Position numbers and translations under genes: made by a program | Assembly (NCBI RefSeq): GCF_001194135.2 | Contig: NC_068984.1 | Span: 49,820,644-49,884,643 of the forward strand | Length of the DNA stretch: 64,000 nt | Origin: Octopus bimaculoides | Lineage: Eukaryota | Direction of reading: 5' to 3' | Part shown: in pieces, positions 14,556 through 28,791 of the stretch | Numbering within the stretch: position 1 is the stretch's first letter | Layout: every line of letters begins with the position of its first letter | Notes under the pieces: generated by a model | Told to the model about the DNA's origin: nothing | The model's database searches: none | The model's input: only the letters and a program-made list of their open reading frames with translations

Positions 14556-15180
14556 TAGAAGAACCATATTAAATTATAACTACCTATTACGTGCATAAGG
14601 GACAACCACATGTGTTCTTTAGTTATTGATTCTAGAGAGAATCAGAGCCTAGATGTTCTATCATGATCTAAAATAAAACAAAAATAGACAAAAACAGAAA
14701 CGAAACACTGAACTCTAAGACACCTCAAGTTCATCCCTTTTTGTGTTTGCGCATAAAAGCTTCATTTCTCTACAGGAGTTGTAAAATTAAGTCCCAAGCG
14801 TGCAAGTAAGGCTATGGCAACTCTTCGGGGTTTAGGGATTTCAATGAGAAATAACGAATTTTATGATGGCATCTCATTTTCCTTCTTTCGTTTGGTTGTT
14901 ATTTTCTGACATAAAAACTGAGACACAGATGTCTAACAAAAATTATTCCATGACTTCACAAACGTCACAGGGAAACAAGTTTACATTTTCAAGTACTGTA
15001 TGGAACTTACTGTAATACATAGAGAAACGCGTGCGAAAGTGTACTCAATACTTTTCGTAGAGTTCAAATCTATGGCTACATATTTATATACATGCATATA
15101 CATATATAAATATGCACACACATGTATATGCATATACATACATGCATGCATATACATATATACACACGCATACACATACA

Positions 15181-15219
<39 letters not shown>

Positions 15220-15289
15220 GCACACACACATGTGCGTGCATGCAGGCACACACCTGTTTGTGTATACATATTCTTTCTTGTTTCAATCT

Positions 15290-15632
15290 TTGTACTACAG
15301 CCATGCCGGGGCACCGCCTTCAAGAATTTAGTCGAACTAATCAACACCAGAACTTAAGTCTTTTACTTAATCTATCAGTCTCTTTAGCTAAACCGCTAAG
15401 TTACGGGGATGTAAACAGACCAACATTTATTATCAAACGATGTTGGGGAACAAACATATTCAGAAAGACACATAGATAGATATACACATATACGAGTGGG
15501 TTCTTTCGGTTTCCGTCGACTGAATCCACTCGCAAGACTTCGGTCGGCCCGTGGCTATGGTGGAAGAAACGTACAAAGGGACTGAACTCGGAAACATGCG
15601 GTTGGGAAGCGAAATTTTTTATCGCACAGCCT
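15290..15632 (-). mobile_element. SINE family D, diverged copy
   Basis: Homologous to 6792-7171. Confidence 0.75.
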
Positions 15633-15704
15633 CACAGAATTTGTATGTCCTTACATATTAGTTTATTGAACACTCACGTAAAATTCTACCACGGAAAATA
15701 CCTC

Positions 15705-16320
15705 ACCTTAGATGAGGAAACTAGAACTTTTGGAACAGTGCAATGACGTCCAATTCGAGGTCTGGTATAACTCAATTCTAAAGTTTGGTGCCAACCCCTC
15801 CAGTATCTTCCACATATATATCACCGCATTCTTCTCCCGCCTTCGCTCCTGGGAGTAGAGTCGTAGCTCTTTCAATCTCTCCAGTAGCTCAGTTTTACCA
15901 TTGTTGCGATCTTCCTCGTGTAGTATCGCCGAACCGCCTCAAGTTCTGCTATTAATCCTAAAGTGTAAGGTAACTACAGTTGAGAGCAGCTGTCCAGCCG
16001 GCAAAGGGTAAATGTCCTTCACAGGACCAGTATAGTTTCCTGGTCCCTTGTTCTGAAGGTTCTCAGAATCCATCCGGCCATTTGCTTGCACACTGCTACC
16101 ATCTTGGTGACATGCATGTGAAACGCGGCATCGTTGCTCATATCAATCCCAAGATCACGCACCGTATGTGATTCTAGGAATGCCGCTCCTTTTGGTCCAA
16201 AGTGCCGTTGTGATTTCGGAGCACCAATTAGCTGGTAGCAGAGTGCTTGGAATTTACCTGCCTTAAATTGCATGTTGTCCTCAACCCATTTATATGTGGC
16301 ACCTAGGTCTTTCTGTAGAT
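15705..16320 (-). mobile_element. Degenerate CR1-group LINE, C-terminal part of ORF2 (antisense copy)
   Basis: Minus translation LQKDLGATYKWVEDNMQFKAGKFQAL...VRDLGIDMSNDAAFHMHVTKMVAVCKQMAGWILRTFRTRD, with stops further on; typical CR1/L2-group post-RT motifs. Confidence 0.85.
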
Positions 16321-16327
16321 TATTTTG

Positions 16328-16985
16328 AATATCTTGGGATTGATATAAGCAACGTTGCCTCGTATCACATGCATATCACCAAGATGGAAGCAGTGTGCAG
16401 GCAAAAGGCCGGATGGATTCTGAGAATCTTCAGAACAAGGGACCAGGAAACTATATAGTTCATATGGAGGGCATTTGTCCTTACCCATTTGGACTACTAT
16501 TCTCAGCTGTGGTCACCTTACAGTGTATGAGTAATAGCAGAATTTGAGACGATTCAGTGATTCTACACGAGGAAGATTGCATCAATGGAACAGCTGAGCT
16601 ACTGGGAGAGCCCGATAGAGCTACGAATCTACTCCCTGGAACAAAGACGAGAGAGACATGCAGTGATATGTGTGGAAGGTACGGAGCTGGCACCAAACTT
16701 TGGAATAGAGAGTTATACCAGACCGCGAATAGGACGTCACTGCACTGTTCCAGAATTCCTAGCTGTCTCATTTACTGCAGTAGCTTGGGATTTAAGGGCC
16801 CGCAGCTATTTAACGCCTTGCCAAAGCATCTGAGAGATCTCCATGGAGTTGGGGTAGATGTTTTCCAGAAACAAGTTGACATCTTACTATCCAAGATCCC
16901 AAATGAAACAGTATCAAGGCAGGAAACTCCAAAGAGGGCAGAGATATCAAACTCCCTCCTTCACCAAAAGCAAATCACATAGAAT
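16328..16985 (+). mobile_element. Degenerate CR1-group LINE 3' end (sense copy)
   Basis: LGIDISN..HITKMEAVCRQKAGWILRIFRTRD...LDYYSQLWSP...SLEQRRER...SLGFKGPQLFNALPKHLRDL...SNSLLHQ, across several frames with stops and frameshifts. Confidence 0.85.
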
Positions 16986-17039
16986 TGGCCAATTTAAAGT
17001 TGATTATATTACGGCTGAAATATATAAAAGAATAAAAGA

Positions 17040-17077
<38 letters not shown>

Positions 17078-18698
17078 CACACACACACAAGCGCAGTAGA
17101 TAGATATGATGTATTTGTGTATAAAGAGAGTAAGTGCTAGTGAGCAAGAAAAGAAGACGTTTCAACCTATTCAAGTAGCTGAAGCGAGCTAAACAAGAGT
17201 AAAAAAAAAAAGTTCAAAATGCTAATTCTAAATGAAGTTGAAGTAACAGAAAGGTATTGGCATCAACGCAAGCCTGGATATTTATACTCGTGAGAATACA
17301 GCTTAATTATGTCTACTGATTCTTTGTCGTAAAAATGACACATTATCCTAAAAAGGTATTGGGTTTTAGACTTTAAAAATACCGGCTTAGCAAGTGTTGG
17401 CAGACTTTGCGTGAATCGTGGATACATTCTACTTTATTAGCAAAGTTGTTGATAAAGCATTAGAGCGAAAATAACGGGAACAACGGAGAATAAATCCCAC
17501 AAAGAGGAAGGGATGGGTGGGTGGAAAAAAGAGATTGACATCTTCATCGCTTTTGAAGGAAAATAAAGCAAGACATTAATTTTATATAATGAACTATTTT
17601 GTAAAGGGGAGGGTGATCTCAGTAGCTATGAAACTGCCAGCTGAGTGCTGACGTTTTGAAAAAGACGTGAAAAGATTAGTGCCCTACCAACTGGTCATAT
17701 ATTTCCTCCAATGGCTTTTTTTTTTCAAGGCTGCCATAAGATGGATAAATAAAATCTAGGTAATCCATCAACTGGATTTATTCAAGAAGTTATAAACTTA
17801 TAACTTGTCCATATATTCTACAACCGTCGTTGTTGATAGAGAGTCTACGTCGTCACAATCTTCTAGAAATAGCAGTCAATTCTTCCTCAAAATTACACAC
17901 TACACTCGTAACCACGGAAAACGTATTAGAAAATATAGATGTGTATACATTGAACGAAAAAGAAAAAGAAAGGAATGACTAAAGATGAAACAACTTTAAC
18001 TATACATAGCTGGACAGTGATTACCTGAAAGCTTACACAGCACCACCATATATTCTCATAAGTAGGCTTAGATCACATCCTTTAGGCAGACAAGATGAGC
18101 AGTTTCAGCAGGTTTCTTCTTTTTTTCTATTTTCTTTATGCTTATAGACTACAAATTATAAAATTGATTAAATAGATCAATTATTCTGTCGCTACTCGAA
18201 GTTTTATGATGGACGGTGTAGAATTGGTAATCGAATATTCTTACTTTACAGTAAAATAAAATTAAAAAAAAAACGACGGGCAATTCCACCGCAGAAACTG
18301 TAGACTCAGAATTGCAGTTGCATCACAGAATCCAACCTCAGTAATAGGGTCATGTCCACAAGTTCATCTACGTTTATTGCTTTAGCTTATGGTGTACTGC
18401 AGTATCTGTAGTCTCCAGCGTAAAAAAAAAAAATCTATCTCCGTAATGATTATTGTTAGACTGCATACTGAATTGTAAATAGCCAGGTAGATTGCACGCT
18501 AAAGTCGCACCTGCCAATGTTAGTTTAAACACAAATAGCTTCAATATAAGAACTAAGTATTATTGTGTTTGAGTGAACACGACAAGCAAGACACAGAGAC
18601 GCCGACCAATGGTGTTCAACAGCTTGAACCAGACTAGGTGAAAAGAGATATAGTACGGACTTTCCAAGCATTTAAGAATGTAAATAATCACAACCGGC

Positions 18699-19079
18699 TG
18701 TTAGCACTCCGTCGGTTAGGATGACGAGGGTTCCAGTTGATCTGATCAACGGAACAGCCTGCTCGTGGAATTAACGTGCAAGTGGCTGAGCACTCCACAG
18801 ACACGTGTACCATTAACGTAGTTCTCGGGGATATTCAGCGTGACACAGTGTGACAAGGCTGACCCTTTGAATTACAGGCACAACAGAAACAGGAAGTATG
18901 AGTGAGAGAAAGTTGTGGTGAAAGAGTACAGCAGGGTTCGCCACCATCCCCTGCCGGAGCCTCGTGGAGCTTTAGGTGTTTTCGCTCAATAAACACTCAG
19001 AACGCCCGGTCTGGGAATCGAAACCGCGATCCTATGACCGCGAGTCCGCTGCCCTAATCACTGGGCCATTGCGCCTCCA
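18699..19079 (-). mobile_element. tRNA-derived SINE family A (Arg-like head, possibly Octopus OR-type), full length
   Basis: Head TGGAGGCGCAATGGCCCAGTG.TTAGGG..GGTTTCGATTCCC with A/B-box-like motifs; near-identical to five other copies in the window. Confidence 0.9.
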
Positions 19080-20440
19080 CTAATCATAACCGGAGACTGG
19101 ATCTTACAGAACCACATCAATAATAGTTTGAGAGGATCTACAAAAGATTATAAAAAATTCAAAAACTATTCGTCGCTATCTAAACTGTTTTTCTCTCATA
19201 TATTTGATCCTACTCTAACTTTAGTCTAAAGATGGTTATATGGTTTGAGGAAGATTCGGTTGCTACTTGTAAGAAATGCTGACGGTCGGTGAAGTTTTAT
19301 TTCTAATAATTTTGGTGATTAAATGTAAGAGAGAAAATACTAAGCTCCCAACTATATGAAGGTAATTTTGACCAACAAGAGAGTTTATACGTATTGTCAG
19401 ACTTGCTAGAAATAACAGTAAAAACTCGCTCAAATTATAGTCTTGAAATGGGGAAAAAAGCCGGATAACGTAATCCTGTATTTGCTATATATGAAGAGAA
19501 GGCGAAGAGATCACATAAGAAGTATCTTTATTCAGAGATCTGTCCTTTTAGAGTCGACTTGTGCTAACAACAATTTCTACCTAATTAGCTTATTCAGTAC
19601 CGAGCGTCATGGCTACACATGCTTTCTAATCTCTTTTGCTGTGTTGCCTAATATTTTTCAGATGATATGGATATCATTATTACTATATTTACAACTTGTA
19701 TACGTATTGATAATATTTTCTATCTGAAAAAATAAACATCTACCCACTCACAAGCATAGCTATATAAAAATACCGCCTACAAAACATTCCACAGCGGGTC
19801 GCCCGATTGTTATAAATGTGTTTTTGAAGTCAGTGCTATTAGTGCAGTATTGTTTGCATTGCTATTTCTGCTGCAGCTTTTACTATTGTTGTTCTTTATG
19901 CCGAAGTCGACGCTGATTAAGCAAGTCTATGATCAAAAGAATGCATCCGGTTTCCATGACGGTAGTGCTTAATCTGGGGGAGATTTGGCTGCTAATTCTA
20001 ACAGTTTGGGCGACCACGTAGAGGCTCTCGCTTAGTCTTGTTATTCTAGCTGCCGTTATTGCTTCTATTTATATATTCTTGTTAGCTCTTCCCTTCTTCC
20101 CCCCCACACACACGGGTATAGTGTTCCATTAGCATAACTTCTATTTACTGAAATTCCAACGATACATTTTCATATTATGTGCACTACAATTATGCCCAAC
20201 AATGCATATAAACATGCATATGAACAATGCACAGTTTTCACACAACTTGGGTCAAGCGAAGACGAAGACGAATTTTACCACTAACATATGCAATGTAAAC
20301 TATAAAACATGTCTATGAATTAAAACTAGCAATATTATGTAAAGACATTTCTAGCTTCAAAGAGTTTCGGCTATTCAATTTATTTACGATATAAAAGTTG
20401 CATATGTGAGTACACACAATGTATTCACTAACGCGTGTGC

Positions 20441-20487
<47 letters not shown>

Positions 20488-23400
20488 CTCTCGTTGTGTG
20501 TGATGGTTTATTTTGGCCGATACATTGATTTTTTACTCTGTACTTTTCTTCTTCAAATATGACAACACTCTCATCTTGTATTGAGTGCTTCTCACATTCA
20601 TTACTACTACTACTGCAAAAAAAAAAAAAGTTGTCCAGCTTGCAAACGGCTCTGCCATTCCTGTGCCGTAGCAACTGTAAACATAATTTTTAACTTGTGA
20701 AGTATTCCACAGGTTTTGGCGAGGAAATAGTCGACATATCAACGAAAGGACTTGGCAGCTATTTTGTTTTATCGTTCCCGAAAGGTTAAACAGTAACGTT
20801 TTGAAATCAGAACTTAAAAGATTTGCAACTAAACAGTGCAAGTAATTTTGCTAATCCACTGCAAATTTAAAAATTAAGTGAAGAAAGAAAGAACTTGAAC
20901 ATAGAACGTAACTAAATACTGCAATATACTTTGTATGCGGCTCTGAATCTGACACTTCTTTACCCTAATATTCATTTGCGGAAATTGTGAATTCGTAAAC
21001 TTTAGGAATTATTTTAGTAGGAATTATTGTCATCCTAACATACATAATTTCTTTTAGAAGACAATGCTAACCACTTCAAAAGCTTAAAAATAGATTCAGT
21101 TTCCTGTTATCAAGAGGTGAAAAATAATTTTTTTAAAAAATTACAAAGCAGAAATCCCGGTGATAAAGTTACCAAACCATCGCCCACTTCACAGCAACAA
21201 TACTCCATAAACGGAAGTGCTTAAGAGGTTCATTAAGTCAAGTAAGAATGATCCGTAATTAAATGAAACACTAAGCTAAGAATACACACGCAATTACGTT
21301 CTTTTAGTGGTTTCAGTTTTTTAAACTATGGTTATGCTGGAGCACTATCTCAGGGATTTTTGTCGACTGCATCTCATCCAGTACATTTATAATGCATAAA
21401 TGACCATAATTTGGCCTAAATGTCAAGTATTTTTGTTCGGTGCATCGAATTTTGCTTAGTATTCCCCCGCGAATAAATATTTACACGCGTGCGCAAGCAC
21501 ACCCACATACACGCAATGAATTAGCAAAATCTTTAAAGCGTAGAACAAAAGGCTTTTCTGCTAGCTCCCTACGCTCTATACTAATATAGACTGTACTCTC
21601 TATACTTTACTGATAAATAAAACAAAGTGCCAATCCAAGGCAATGGATTGAAGGGACTGCTTAAGTATTTGACGAAATTCTTTGTGGGGTTTGTTCAATG
21701 AGTTTTGAGTTTTTGGAGATAAAATTAATCCATTGCACGGTTTAGTACCCGACTAATCCTTGGGTGCCTTTAGCAGAGTTCACTTTGTTGTGATTTTTCG
21801 TATCGGGTACCAGGTCATGTTTTCATGCAATATATATCCTCGCTTATACTTAATGCAAACACGTGTAAACAAAAGTATCGGGAAAAAATTATATTCAAGT
21901 TACACTAGCATCGTCTCGTAGCACACCAGTGTGCCGCGGCATACCGGTTGCGGAGCACTGTTCAGGCATCACTGTATTTGTTTGTAGAGTCGAATTAGGT
22001 CTGATGGTTGACATTAGTGTGTTCGAATGCGTTCAGTGATTCTCTACATTACTGCTTCAATTCAAGTGTAGATAGGTACCATAACATGGAACTGTTTCAT
22101 CGTACTAAAACTACATAGTATTTCGTTAGTTTACAATGCCGGGTTAAAATCCTGCCTTCGAAATTATCGAGCTTTGAAATAGGGAGACTTATGCCTCTTA
22201 CGCATGTGTTTGCAGGATATCTTAGTTACTTTCTATTTATCCTACTGGGGAGAAATGTAATCAACACGCCCCCAGCAAAAAGTTATGAAGGACGTAGTTT
22301 TTACGGCAAATATATTTAACCTTGAAGAAAAAAAATTAACGAGATTAATCAAACTGTACAAGTGTATTGCAACATGCTAAGCGTAATGAAGCCATAACAA
22401 CTACATCTATAAGGAAATGGAGAAAATCAGTGTATATGATATAAAGGCTGGAGTGGAAGAGAGAAAATATCATAGCAGCTAGGGAAATCAAAGGTGGAAA
22501 CAGGATTTTTTTTTTTTTTGATGAACAAGATTTTAATAAGTAAAGCCTACATCAAACGTCATTCGGTTAGTAATAGTATAGCTTCTCTAGGATGGTCTTA
22601 CATGTAAGGGATTTTAAGAGACAAATCCTCTTGTTAGCTTTTGCTGAGTAAGCGTGAATATATAGGATGAAAGCTGGGTGAAAAACGTGAGTGAGAACAG
22701 GAGTAAGTAATAAAAGAAACGAGTGAAAAGAGTGGGGGTGGTTTTAAATCACCGGAGTTATATTTCTCTAATTCTCTTCTTCCCGCTTTGACATTAATTA
22801 TGGCTTTAAACAATTAGCTTTTAGTAGATTAACGGGTTTCTTATAAAAGGTTTAAAACTTCTGAGTGATTAATAACGTCAGTTAATACGTTTCACAATAC
22901 AGACGTGTGCCATGTAGTAAGATAATAGCTCCCAGTGAAAGAAAGAGTGTCGAGAAGATAACGCAGTTTCGTATCTTGCACGATGCCACTTTGGCTTCCT
23001 TTACGTTCCCAATACCCTTAAGAAAGTTCAAGACAACTTTAAATTTCATTCTTCTAAAATATTAGGAGCTTTGGCACTATTAAAAAAAATATTCTGTGCA
23101 GCGATACGTCTGTGAATTAAGAGAGGGAGGGGAATCAGTCAGTGCTGTAATGAGATCGATACAATCACCATATTACCTCAACAAAATGTAATTTGATGAG
23201 CCAAGGAGAGAGTTTATACGGTTGCTCGACCGGCTACAAATAGTAAATTCTCCCTCGAACCACTCCACTGTTTTCTTCAAATAGAAAAGACGTAGTGAAT
23301 GGGAAATATAGCTTTAGATTGTCTAAAAATACAAAAATGTATAGATATATATATATATGTATATATATAAAAAATTGCCTAGTCATGGCTGAATACTTTT

Positions 23401-26400
23401 CATCGCATGCCTGCTTAATCAGGACTGACCTGGATGAACAACTTAAAATTGATGTTTAGTAAAAAACAGTTATTAATAAGCTTTGTTGTTTCCGGCAGAT
23501 ATAAGACCGAAACAATGACACCGTCATCCCCACCAACATTCATTTCTTCATCACCATGATTTTTAATTAGAAACTTAATTAGATTATGCATTCGCCTGTG
23601 TGCATATATAATTACACACAGAAATACGCACACATAATATATAAATCGAATGTGTAATTCGTTAGTAAGGTTACTACCTTCTGTATTAATTGACTTGATT
23701 CATCCGTTCAGATTGAAGACCATTCATACGCTAGATCAATCTGTGAACATGCAGCCATGTACGATCGCGCAGTAATGTGCAAATTCATGTCTGTATTTAT
23801 ACATGCTTGCGAGAGTGTGTGTGTGTGTGCATCTGTATTTGTGAGCAACTACCTTCCATGCTGATATGTACAAATATGTGCCTGGATGCTAGCATGAATG
23901 TGCACACTGATGTATGCATCGATTTTATGGGGCGCCTGCATGTTCAAATACGCACCTTCTACCGAATATATGCAAGTGAATATAAATGCATATAAATCTA
24001 TTTTAATGTCTATATATGTGTGTAGACAGGGAATTTCAAGGTGCACGATACTCCGAAGATTTATGTAATAAACATTTATTTACTGACCCTCAGTATCGTG
24101 CTAGTTCCTATCAGCAGTATATTTGCGAAAGGGTTGAAAAAGAAGATAGTTATTATTTCCCTAATATAGAAGGCTGCGCTTCTAACAGTGCTGCTCTTCA
24201 AGAAGTACATTCATCAAAAGGTTCACGAGTAGATGATCATCATCGATTTCAATGGATTAAATTAAGCAAGCAATATAGAAGGCGGATCAAATTTCGATTT
24301 GTAGTAAGTTTCGTAAGGTGGAGAAATGGAATATCAAATGCCTTCCGAATTTGCAGGAACTGATTTCTGCTTCGAATCACAAAAGTTTGCTTCAATTATT
24401 CTACGCTGTGATGAGATGGAGGACGCATCAACTGCTACAATCTTCCAAAATTGTTGCAAAACATTTACGATAACCAACTAAACAGCTATGTCTGCGGGAT
24501 CATATTGTTATTCTGCAACAATATGATTCCGGGTTCAATCCCACTGCACAACACCTTGAGCAAGAACCTTCAACAGTTTGCCAATAACATATCTGGAATT
24601 TTTAAGTTGGGAACTCCGCGGAATCTTGTTATGTTTGCATAGATATCCTTTTGCTTTCTATTTCTATCCTAAAATGATGACAAAATGCCTCGTCAGCCAC
24701 CTAACTCTGGACATAGTTATCTGTAACTTGATACAATAAAGTTTTTCTTGAGGATCCGTCGAGGTTGAGCATCTATATATGCATTTGAATCCAAATAATC
24801 ATGATAGTGAAACGCGCGTAAAAACTTTATAAACTGGTGTATATCCTTATTTTTCCTACATTTCCTCTGTAGTTCATAACTAACAATACTACTCAGTATA
24901 GAAGTTACTTAACTATACAGGAAGCAAACTGGATTATGAAAATCTACGTGGAACTCTAAATGTAACAGTAGTCGGACATCCATTTGTACACATAATTCCT
25001 ACGTGTGTGTGTGCATGTGTCAGTGACTGTACTTATGTTTAAGCCGGTACGTCGAACTATGTTCCTTGTATAGAGGAAGGGTTAGTAGTTAATTTTATCG
25101 AACCCGGAGGAAAGAAAGGAAAAGTTAAACCCAGCCGTGATTTGAACGTAAGCAGTCGAAAAGATTCCGCGGAATTTCTTTCCGACGATCTAACGATTCT
25201 GCCTATCTATCACCTACTCTTACATTATAACGGAGATGTCCGAATATTAAGTATTTACTGCATAATAGATTAGTTTGGCTGAGTGCCTTTAGACTATGTC
25301 AATACGATCGATTTTATGAATTGCTGAGTCAGAAGACACACATATGTTGCACTTTATTATATAATAATCGTCATTATTAAGCAACGCAATAGCATCTAAT
25401 GAAAGTCTTATCATGAGTGTGAACACGAAGCAATTAAAATTTCAAACGATGCTCTAGAAAATCATAAAAGCACATTATCTGGGTTGCTGAGAATTGAATT
25501 TAAGATTAGAGGGGAGGTAATATTGTAAGTATTATTTGAAAGTCAATTAGAATCTATAGGGTCAGCTAATCAAAAGAAACGGATTTAATTTATTACATGT
25601 AACAGATGTCTGAAACAAAAGAAAGTCGTCTGCGTCAATTTACAGTTTAATCTAATAATATTTTTACAGCTATCTTTCTTTTCTTCTCTTTCCACATATG
25701 TCATACATATATCTGGCTCGAATAAAAGTTATCAGCAAAAAAATCTGATTTGGAAAAAAAAAAAGAAAAAAATACTGGGGATCGATTTTAGAAGTGTTAT
25801 GAGTCGAAAGTGAATTAAGAAAAAAAAACCTGGTGGAGGATGAGGGGATAGTCATATGAGAAAAGTAAATGTCGACATAAATTGGAACTCACTATTAGCA
25901 ACAGTCGTTTGTTTTTCATCCGATTTTAATCATGCTCAGCTAATACCCTTATTTGCATACAATATATAGCAATAAAAGTTCTTCGAGCCGCCATATCATT
26001 ATAATAATATTTATGAAAAATAATATTTCGTGAAAGAAATAAAATGTAGAGGTGGAAAGAACAACCGACAGTTTAAATAAAGTGCAGTGAAACGTAAAAA
26101 AAGAAAAGATAACCTTTCCGAATATTCTTTTGTACCCGTGTCAAAGATTAAAGAAAGAAAGAAATTAAATAAAAAATTGGATTCTTATCAAAGTTTTCAG
26201 TAGAATGACAATTAAAATATAAAATTATTTTGAAATGTTCAACAAAATTTAGTGAAGTGTGTAAACTATATTGAAAGATAAAAATTACAACTGTCTAAAA
26301 GGAAAAAAGTTAATATTAATTCGTAAAATAAGACTTCTGTACCGTGAATCCACGCGATACACAAATCTATCTAATTTTAAGAACTTTATCAACTGAATAT

Positions 26401-26844
26401 TAAATTTAGTTTTTCGTATTTTCTTTATACTGAAATAAGATACTGAAGGTGGGGGAAATGCTGCTATTATGCAAAAGTGTCGTAAGTCCAAAATGTTGCT
26501 TTTTTTTTAGAAAACGAAAAAATAGTTTCATCATTCCATAGCAAAACCGTTGTACTACACTGACAATTTTTTTATATTTTGACATCTACAACAGCTGGAG
26601 ATGCGATAGTTTGATCAAAAGAACCGGCTATTGCAAGCAAAAATAAATATTGAAGAAAACGCATTTGGCCAAATTTGAACATACGACAGTTTAACATAAT
26701 AGCAACGAATGTTTTTAAAATACCACATTGGTGAAATAAGTTCAAACTATACCGATATCGATTCATTCGAAATATTACTTTTATAAAAAGATACAAAAGT
26801 CTAACAAATTCAATATATTACAATGACATGACAAAACAACTTAC

Positions 26845-27075
26845 CTGAGCTGCCCCTGCAAGGCTTAGTAGAAACAAAATCCATTTGGGATGTCCAAATC
26901 TTTGACATAACGAAGGCCGTATAGAGCCCCATCCACATTTTACATTAATATTATCATCCATGTTATCAGGAGGAAGTCTTGTATGGCTATGGCAAGTCGG
27001 TAACTTGCCATTTTTCTCAGGCGGCGAAATACCGCCATTTTCACTCATTGCTGTATATGATATTGGCCCAGTCAT
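26845..27075 (-). CDS. SLCO4A1: First coding exon (77 codons) of an OATP/SLCO organic anion transporting polypeptide, most similar to SLCO4A1; gene continues toward lower coordinates
   Basis: Translation ends CGWGSIRPSLCQRFGHPKWILFLLSLAGAAQ, matching the OATP pre-TM1/TM1 motif (human SLCO4A1 from memory: CGW..PPCLQ..TPKGILFFL..A..LQG). Ends at a CAG|GTAAG donor in phase 0, just before the expected G-x-x-VNG. Candidate upstream acceptors at 27103-27104 and 27112-27113. Family is secure; subfamily assignment less so. Confidence 0.85.
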
Positions 27076-28791
27076 ATTCGTGAAGTTATGAAAATATATT
27101 AACTTGAAAAACTAAAACAGGCAATTACCTTTTACTTATAGTTTGCTTTTGATTGTCTTTTACAATCTTTATTATCATGGCAAAAAGAAAAAAAAATCTT
27201 ATTATTTATTTATTTTGCATTTGTGGCATATGTATATTTTTTTTACTTATATATATATATATATACACACAAACTTACAAAAGAAAAAAAGACTTCCGAT
27301 TTCACAGACACGAGATCAAATCGGCATTCGAGCTGATGTTCTAAAACGAATGTTTATGAAATGATTATATGTAAATTTAATATCTATTAGAAACGAATGA
27401 CCGGAATGTAGCCAAATAAGGAATTTGTGAATACTATTTCTAATAATACTCGAAGCTAATTAAACTATAAACGAGATCCTCTCCATTTTTCAGAGACAAA
27501 GGATGCGGAGATTACAATACTACTTTACACCGCATTTTAACTCATTCGAGCCCATCCCTGACACTTCAGCTTAATGGAATGGACAAGTGAAATGATATGT
27601 ATATCACGTTTAATATAAAATTCTATCTTTATAGAGTACTTAACACAATGATTATAAAAAGTCTATGACACATGCTAAATTTACATGATTGTGTATATAG
27701 CTACAAATTATATACAGGCTCTCAGATATACACACACATCTAAATTAGATTCAGCTGAGTTTGATTTTAATATTAGAATATATTTTTGGTCATGATACGA
27801 ATGCAAATACTTTCGATTTATGGTTGTATCAAAAAGGGAGACTGAATAGACGGAGAAAAGACAAAACAACCAGTTCCAATTTGTTTTGATTTTAGAAATC
27901 AGTTATTTTCTGGACGGCAAGAAGTAACAATAATGGTCTTTAAAGTTTATCTGATATTTATCCAATTTATAAGCTTATCTAAAGGTACGCCTATTTATAT
28001 ACTGTCTCAGTTTCAAATAATCTTTTAGAGTTAGTGTACTTTTCATTATATATAAAACATAGAAGAGCTGCAATTCATCATATGTCGTAGGAGTATTTTT
28101 CAAATTAGGAAAATCCTTTTCAAGTTTTTTTGTTGTTTTCTCTTCGCTTCGTTTCTGTTCTCGTTTCTTATTAAACTGTAAAGACCTGGTAGAAAATAAA
28201 AATGAAAAATAATACAGTGAGATGAAAATATAACATCAATATGATCATATATTTATTGCTTACTTATGCACATATATCATGGAATTCTAATCTAGCTTTC
28301 TGTAATTCAATATGTCACACATGAGAAATTTCATCTCTTCAAATTTTAACATTTTTCTAGAATATACTTTTGTTTTAGACTAAAAGTATAAATTTCAAGT
28401 GAAAATCGAAACCAAAGTACTGATCCTGTGTTTTACAATCTTCGTTGACTCACCGAAGCTAGTTTCGTAGACATGATACAAAGAACCTCTTTGTGTATTG
28501 TATGAACAACACTTTCATTTAAAAAGTAATGCTACTTTCATTTTCTCAAGTCCATATTCTGAAAAAAGGCTAAAATGAAATACTGTAACATTCAACTTTG
28601 TCTTAATAGCCTTATTTACAGAAATGAATTTGTTTTAACTGGAAATTGAAACCTATTCGTCACGATTGTACCTCTTATCATACAACGACGTCGACAAAAC
28701 GTAACATCATACTCATTTTTGTCTTTAGTATAATCCGTGTAATTTTGGAAAGTTACTTAGTTGTACTTCGTTGGTACTTACTTTCTATATG

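Noticed and set aside
26572-26796. Intronic ORF with FG..LFLLAIAG..Q echoing the SLCO TM1
   Set aside because: DNA similarity is minimal, there is no donor at the equivalent position, and it is probably chance in AT-rich sequence.
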